From the NCBI RefSeq assembly GCF_000940845.1, contig NZ_CP010341.1:1320001-1352000 (forward strand): a DNA stretch of 32,000 bases. The letters run 5' to 3'. Below are positions 27,771 through 32,000 of this stretch, one piece after another. Under the pieces are notes generated by a model. The model was not told the origin of the DNA. It saw only the letters and a list, made by a program, of their open reading frames with translations, and searched no databases. The stretch is from Propionibacterium freudenreichii subsp. freudenreichii. GTDB lineage: Bacteria > Actinomycetota > Actinomycetes > Propionibacteriales > Propionibacteriaceae. The position numbers and the translations under genes are program-made. Within the stretch, counting starts at the first letter, position 1; every line of letters begins with the position of its first letter.

Positions 27771-28916
27771 TCACACGTTCGGCACCCGGGCGGTACCGGC
27801 CCCGCGCAACCGGATCGGGACCCCGTCCCCATCCAACCTGTCATGGGACTGCGCCGCGCGCAGCCCGTCCAGTTCCTCTTCCACTGCCTGGCGGGCCCGC
27901 TCGTGGTTGCCCCGGCCGAAGCAGATCCCGCCGTCCCCATCACTGGCGTCGACGATGTGGAAGCCCGCGTCGCGAATCATCGACAGGTCGTCATTGCCGG
28001 TCTGCCCCTCGCTGGTCAAGTAGTCACCCAGGAAGATGGAATTGCACACCTCCAGCACCAACGGCTGCAGGGTGCGAACGTGGTATTCCCGTCCGGCCGC
28101 CGAGCGGAGCTCACTGTCGGGGTGGACCAAGCGCATCATCGACAGGATGCGCAGGCACCGCTGCGGGGTGAGCTCCCGGTGGGAATGCAGCGGCGTGCCC
28201 TCGAAGGGAAGCAGGAAGTTCACCGGCACCGACTCGGCGCCGAGCTCCCGCAGTGCGAAGGCCACCTCCACGAGTTCCTCGTCGGTCTCCCCCATCCCCG
28301 CAATGAGGCCGGAGCAGGCGCTGATGCCGGCCCGCTGGGCGGTCTGCACCGTGTTGACCCGATCGGCATAGCTGTGGGTGGAGCAGATGTCGGAATAGTG
28401 CTCCTCGGCGGTGTTGAGGTTGTGGTTGTAGCGATCAGACCCGGCCGCAGCCAGCTGCTCGGCCTTGTCGTCATCGAGGAAGCCCAGGCAGGTGCAGATG
28501 TGCAGCCCCGGATGTTCGGCGTGGATGCGGGCGACAATGCCCGCCACCTTGGCCACCTCGCGACGTGACGGCCCCCTCCCCGAGGCGACCAAGCAGACGG
28601 TGGAGGCACCATGCGACACACCCATCTCGACCGCCTCGTGCACCTGGTCATCGGTGAGCCAGGTGTAGCGCAGGATGTCGGCATCCGAACCCAACGACTG
28701 GGAACAATAGGAGCAATTCTCCGGGCACATGCCCGACTTCAGGCTGACCAGGTAATTCAGCCGCACGCCACGGCCGAAGAAACGACGACGCACCTTCCCG
28801 GCAGCGGCGACGATCGACAGCGTCTCGGCGTCATCGGCCGCCAACACCTCCAGTGCCTCGTCGCGGGTGATCGACGTCCCACGCATGGCGGTGGCGGTCA
28901 TCTGTTCCAGATCCAT
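27771..28916 (-). CDS. bioB: Biotin synthase (radical SAM)
   Basis: Radical-SAM motif [17 protein letters not shown] (CxxxCxxC). Other BioB-typical motifs: [17 protein letters not shown] and VPVNFLLP. It is 381 aa with a ~55-aa low-complexity C-terminal tail. Confidence 0.92.
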   Translation of the reverse strand: MDLEQMTATAMRGTSITRDEALEVLAADDAETLSIVAAAGKVRRRFFGRGVRLNYLVSLKSGMCPENCSYCSQSLGSDADILRYTWLTDDQVHEAVEMGVSHGASTVCLVASGRGPSRREVAKVAGIVARIHAEHPGLHICTCLGFLDDDKAEQLAAAGSDRYNHNLNTAEEHYSDICSTHSYADRVNTVQTAQRAGISACSGLIAGMGETDEELVEVAFALRELGAESVPVNFLLPFEGTPLHSHRELTPQRCLRILSMMRLVHPDSELRSAAGREYHVRTLQPLVLEVCNSIFLGDYLTSEGQTGNDDLSMIRDAGFHIVDASDGDGGICFGRGNHERARQAVEEELDGLRAAQSHDRLDGDGVPIRLRGAGTARVPNV

Positions 28917-29026
28917 TGGACTTCCTCATCTCATGGGCGCATACGCCCGCGATGAGGGCCACGGAGCACCGTGCGCCCGTGGAATGACCCTCTTCGCGCA
29001 TTCGCGAGAAGCCTACAATGAATCAC

Positions 29027-29039
29027 TTAACACTGTTCA
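29027..29039 (-). promoter_or_regulatory. BioQ-type operator-like imperfect palindrome TGAAC-AGT-GTTAA upstream of bioB
   Basis: The plus strand reads ttaacactgttca (29027-29039). On the bioB strand this is TGAACAGTGTTAA, versus the TGAAC-N3-GTTAC / TGAAC-N3-GTTCA consensus reported for corynebacterial and mycobacterial BioQ. It lies ~110 nt upstream of the bioB ATG in an AT-richer stretch. Confidence 0.4.
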
Positions 29040-29078
29040 ATGAAGTCCGGGAACAAGACGTCCGCCACCTGCCGGGTG

Positions 29079-29369
29079 CTACTTCACGTAGCCCGCGAAC
29101 TCCGGGTGCTTGTCGATCCAGCCGCGGACGAACCAGCAGGCCGGGATCATCGACAGGCCCTTGTCCGCCGCCTCACGCACCGCCCGGGACGCGAGCTGCG
29201 CGCCGATCCCCCGCCCGCCGAACTGCGGATGCACCTCGGTGTGCGGGAACAGGACGATGCCCTCGCCCAGCTGGTATTCAAGGATCCCCGCCAGCTCGCC
29301 GTCCACCCGGGCCTCGTAGCGACCCTGGGCCTCGTTGTTGGTGATCGTCACACTCGTGTCATCACTCAT
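29079..29369 (-). CDS. Small GNAT-family N-acetyltransferase (YjdJ-type, ~96 aa)
   Basis: ATG 29369 gives MSDDTSVTITNNEAQGRYEARVDGELAGILEYQLGEGIVLFPHTEVHPQFGGRGIGAQLASRAVREAADKGLSMIPACWFV. This is the typical short GNAT layout, with Q/RxxGxG/A (FGGRGIG). The upstream 83 codons of the listed ORF are rejected. Confidence 0.8.
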   Translation of the reverse strand: MSDDTSVTITNNEAQGRYEARVDGELAGILEYQLGEGIVLFPHTEVHPQFGGRGIGAQLASRAVREAADKGLSMIPACWFVRGWIDKHPEFAGYVK

Positions 29370-29401
29370 GATGGTGTCTCCCCCCAGTCGGCGCACCCAC
29401 G

Positions 29402-29433
29402 GTGGGTCGCCCTTCGAATCGGCGGACCCACCC
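29402..29433. terminator. Hairpin between the hydrolase gene and the GNAT gene (possible terminator or 5'-UTR structure)
   Basis: ggtgggtcgcc (29402-29412) pairs with ggcggacccacc (29422-29433), giving 11 bp with one bulged base and a 9-nt loop containing ttcgaa. It lies 103 nt after the hydrolase stop and 33 nt before the GNAT start. There is no U-tract. Confidence 0.35.
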
Positions 29434-29535
29434 ATGGTGGATGGATTCGTCAAACGCAACGACGTTGTCTGTGCAACACCCGGGCGGGCCTGCGGATTCC
29501 GGACCCGTGGGAGCGCACCGGGCAGACGTCGGCAC

Positions 29536-30780
29536 TCACCTGGCGATCTCGCCCCTGGCGAGCCTGATGAGTCGATCAAGTACCGCCCCGCCGGAGGCAT
29601 TTGAGCCGTTGTGCTCATACTGGCTGGTCGCCCAGGGGTGCATCGTGGGGATCAGGGCCGCCGTTTGCATCGAGAACTCGAAGGGCACATAGGCATCATT
29701 CACGTAGATCGCTGCGGCGCACGGAGCCTCCACGGCCTGCAGCGCCCGCGCGTCGTACAGTCGCGGCCAGGCCCGGTCGGCGATGATACCCGCACACTCA
29801 CGCCAGGGGCGCAGCGACGAATCCTCGTCGAACCACTCGGGAAAGACGTGTTCACCGGTCAACAGGCTGGTGTCCTGGCGGAACTGATCGGGCAGGACGC
29901 GAGCCGCCGACCAGCCGGTGACGCCCCCGTCCGCGAATGACGACTCGTGGATCACCGTATAGAGAGGATTGCGTCCCCCGAAGCTCAGTGCGTCGGCCAG
30001 GTCGTAGCGGAAGACCCGAGATCCCGGATCGTTCTCCAGCAGGTAGTGCAACCGCTCGGCGCCCCCTGAGGCTCCGAGCAGGTGGCCCAGGGAGCGGATC
30101 CGTGAGGGCCCCACGACATCGCCGTTGGGCGTGTGGATGGCCTCCTGCTCGGCCAGTCCGACCAGCCGGCGCATGCGGTCCCGATCGGAGGGGAAACGTT
30201 GGTAGAACGCCCGGGACTTCGCGGCGAGCTCGCGGTAGGTGGCTGTGTACACGTCGTCGGCGGAACGACCCACCGGCGGTAGCCCACCGGTGAAATAGGC
30301 GGCCGAGATCGCATCGGGATGGGTCGACAGATAGTGCAGTGCCGTGAACCCGCCGAAGGACTGGCCGAGCACCGCCCAGGACTCGACGCCCAACTCCTCG
30401 CGCAGGTCCTCGCAATCGGCGACGATCTCATCGGCCCGCATGTGGCTCAGGTACTCCGCCTGGTCCTGCGGGGCACCGATGGGCTCGCTCACCGGATCGG
30501 ACAACCCCGTGCCGCGCTGGTCGAGGAAGACCAGCTGGTAGTCCTCCAGAGCCCGGGGCAACCAGGCCGGGGTGGGTGGATCGAGGCTTGGCCGGGGGGA
30601 CTCATGGCCGGGCCCGCCCTGCAGGAACAGCAGATAGGGCCGGCCGGTGCCCCCGGGTAGTGCCACGACGCGGGCGAAGATCGACAGCCGTCGTCCGTCG
30701 AGCACGTTGATGTGGTCCAGTGGCACGTCGACGCGAATCGAACGGGTCATCAAGCCGGGGATACTGTGCTGCCATGTCAT
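29536..30780 (-). CDS. Alpha/beta-fold hydrolase, S33 proline iminopeptidase / prolyl aminopeptidase-like
   Basis: 414 aa. Motifs: LFLQGGPGHESPRP, FLDQRGTGLS and nucleophile elbow GQSFGG. The length and motif order are typical of the long actinobacterial prolyl aminopeptidase group. Confidence 0.78.
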   Translation of the reverse strand: MTWQHSIPGLMTRSIRVDVPLDHINVLDGRRLSIFARVVALPGGTGRPYLLFLQGGPGHESPRPSLDPPTPAWLPRALEDYQLVFLDQRGTGLSDPVSEPIGAPQDQAEYLSHMRADEIVADCEDLREELGVESWAVLGQSFGGFTALHYLSTHPDAISAAYFTGGLPPVGRSADDVYTATYRELAAKSRAFYQRFPSDRDRMRRLVGLAEQEAIHTPNGDVVGPSRIRSLGHLLGASGGAERLHYLLENDPGSRVFRYDLADALSFGGRNPLYTVIHESSFADGGVTGWSAARVLPDQFRQDTSLLTGEHVFPEWFDEDSSLRPWRECAGIIADRAWPRLYDARALQAVEAPCAAAIYVNDAYVPFEFSMQTAALIPTMHPWATSQYEHNGSNASGGAVLDRLIRLARGEIAR

Positions 30781-30894
30781 GCCCCAAGGCTAGGGGCCGG
30801 ACCGCGCCCACGACAGGGCCCCGGAGAAATAGGCGCGTCCCGACGCGTCACCGGCGACCTGCCACGAACTTGTCGCACTCATAGACTGACTAGC

Positions 30895-32000
30895 GTGTCG
30901 CCCATTGAGCTTGATTACCGCCTGTCACGTCACACCCTTGACAACGGCATGCACGTGGTCATCAACCACGACCCCACTGCGCCGGGAGAGGCGCTGAACA
31001 TCTGGTACCGCGTCGGATCAGCCGATGAACAACCCGGCGCCACCGGTTTCGCCCACCTGTTCGAGCACCTCATGTTCACCGGATCCGCGCAGGTGGCCGC
31101 CAGTGAGCACCTGTCACTGCTCGAGTCGATCGGCGGCTCGGCGAATGCCACGACGTCATTCGACCGCACCAACTACTTCGAGACGGTGCCCCCGGGTGCA
31201 CTTGACCTGGCGTTGTGGCTGGAGGGCGATCGGCTGGGCAGTCTCACCATCAGCGATGAGAGCTTCGCAACCCAGCGTGAGGTGGTCAAGGAGGAGAAGC
31301 GCCAGCGCTACGACAATGTGCCCTACGGCGATCTGCAAGACCTGATGATCGAGTTGAACTTCCCGCAGGACCATCCCTACGGGCACCTGCCGATCGGATC
31401 CATGGCCGACCTTGACGCAGCCACCCCCGATCAGGCACGGGCCTTCTTCGCGCGCTTCTACCGACCAAACAACGCCTTCCTCACGCTGAGCGGGCCGGTC
31501 GACCCGCAGCAGGCCCTGGCCTCGGTCCGCCGTTACCTGGGGGACCTGGACCCGGGTCCGGTGGATCGCCAACCCTCCCGCGGGCTGCCGCGCCATGAGG
31601 GCGTCCCGACGCTGGAGGTGACGCGCCCCGCGCCCAGCTCGATGGTGCACCTGTGCTGGCGGACGCCGGCCTATGCCGAGCGTGACCACCTGGTGGTTGA
31701 GCAGGCGCTGGCGGTGTTGGCATCCGGTCAGTCGAGCAGGCTGCCCGACCTGCTGGTGCGCCAGACGCAGATCGCCGATTCGGTGGGCGCCGGCGACTTC
31801 AGCCTGTCGCGCGGTGTCTCCCTGGCGGTGCTCTCTGCACGGGTGGCTCCGGGGCACAGCACCGAGGAGGTCTCCGAGGCCCTGGTCAGCGAAGTCGCCC
31901 GACTGTGCGACGAGGGACCCGACCAGGCCGAGATCGACCGCATCAATGCGGGCTTCGACCGATCGTGGCTCAGCCGCCTGGCGAGCGTGGACGAACGGGC
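30895..32000 (+). CDS. M16-family (pitrilysin-like) zinc metallopeptidase; 3' end lies outside the window
   Basis: Absent from the ORF track because it has no stop inside the window. My own translation from GTG 30895 reads VSPIELDYRLSRHTLDNGMHVVINHDP...GFAHLFEHLMFTGS (HxxEH zinc motif)...NATTSFDRTNYFE...REVVKEEKRQR...FYRPNNAFLTLSG, and stays open to base 32000. The start codon is uncertain; an ATG at the internal DNGM is the alternative. Confidence 0.85.
   Translation, partial: MSPIELDYRLSRHTLDNGMHVVINHDPTAPGEALNIWYRVGSADEQPGATGFAHLFEHLMFTGSAQVAASEHLSLLESIGGSANATTSFDRTNYFETVPPGALDLALWLEGDRLGSLTISDESFATQREVVKEEKRQRYDNVPYGDLQDLMIELNFPQDHPYGHLPIGSMADLDAATPDQARAFFARFYRPNNAFLTLSGPVDPQQALASVRRYLGDLDPGPVDRQPSRGLPRHEGVPTLEVTRPAPSSMVHLCWRTPAYAERDHLVVEQALAVLASGQSSRLPDLLVRQTQIADSVGAGDFSLSRGVSLAVLSARVAPGHSTEEVSEALVSEVARLCDEGPDQAEIDRINAGFDRSWLSRLASVDER

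Noticed and set aside
27771-27940. The ~55-aa C-terminal tail of BioB as a fused auxiliary domain (for example, a BsaP-like partner)
   Set aside because: The tail is low-complexity (Asp/Gly/Arg-rich), and E. coli BioB also has a non-conserved tail. I cannot recall the auxiliary-protein sequence well enough to support similarity. It would need an alignment.

Overview
This is a high-GC actinobacterial chromosomal segment. The taxon cannot be fixed from the window; gene content looks like a core-genome region of a Propionibacteriales- or Corynebacteriales-like organism. I can support about 30 protein genes, one initiator tRNA, several strong hairpin terminators and a few candidate operators or promoters.

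Gene order, left to right:
- Three tandem paralogous GT-C-type membrane glycosyltransferase-like genes, the first cut by the window edge.
- The fused E2o-E1o 2-oxoglutarate dehydrogenase/decarboxylase (Kgd/OdhA type).
- A redox-stress block: whiB1, pdtaS, a 24-codon bL37-like ribosomal protein gene hidden inside a longer ORF, then rshA-sigH.
- An SRAP/YedK-type peptidase, aroA, rsgA and a HisN-like phosphatase.
- An unusual envelope locus at about 15.7-21.2 kb (described below).
- serA and a five-gene peptide-type ABC importer.
- tRNA-fMet, bioB, a small GNAT, an S33-type alpha/beta hydrolase and a 3'-truncated M16 zinc peptidase.

The most interesting region is the 15.7-21.2 kb locus. It holds a translationally coupled DUF4956 membrane protein, a VTC (polyphosphate-polymerase-like tunnel domain) protein and a Cthe_2159-type beta-helix lipoprotein. 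This operon is divergent from a Tat-secreted phosphodiester glycosidase gene followed by a GT2/GtrA fusion gene. Both arms carry a single-nucleotide frameshift, while every other gene in the window is intact.

I saw no CRISPR array, transposase, integrase or recognisable defence system. The many long overlapping or antisense ORFs in the track are ordinary high-GC artefacts.
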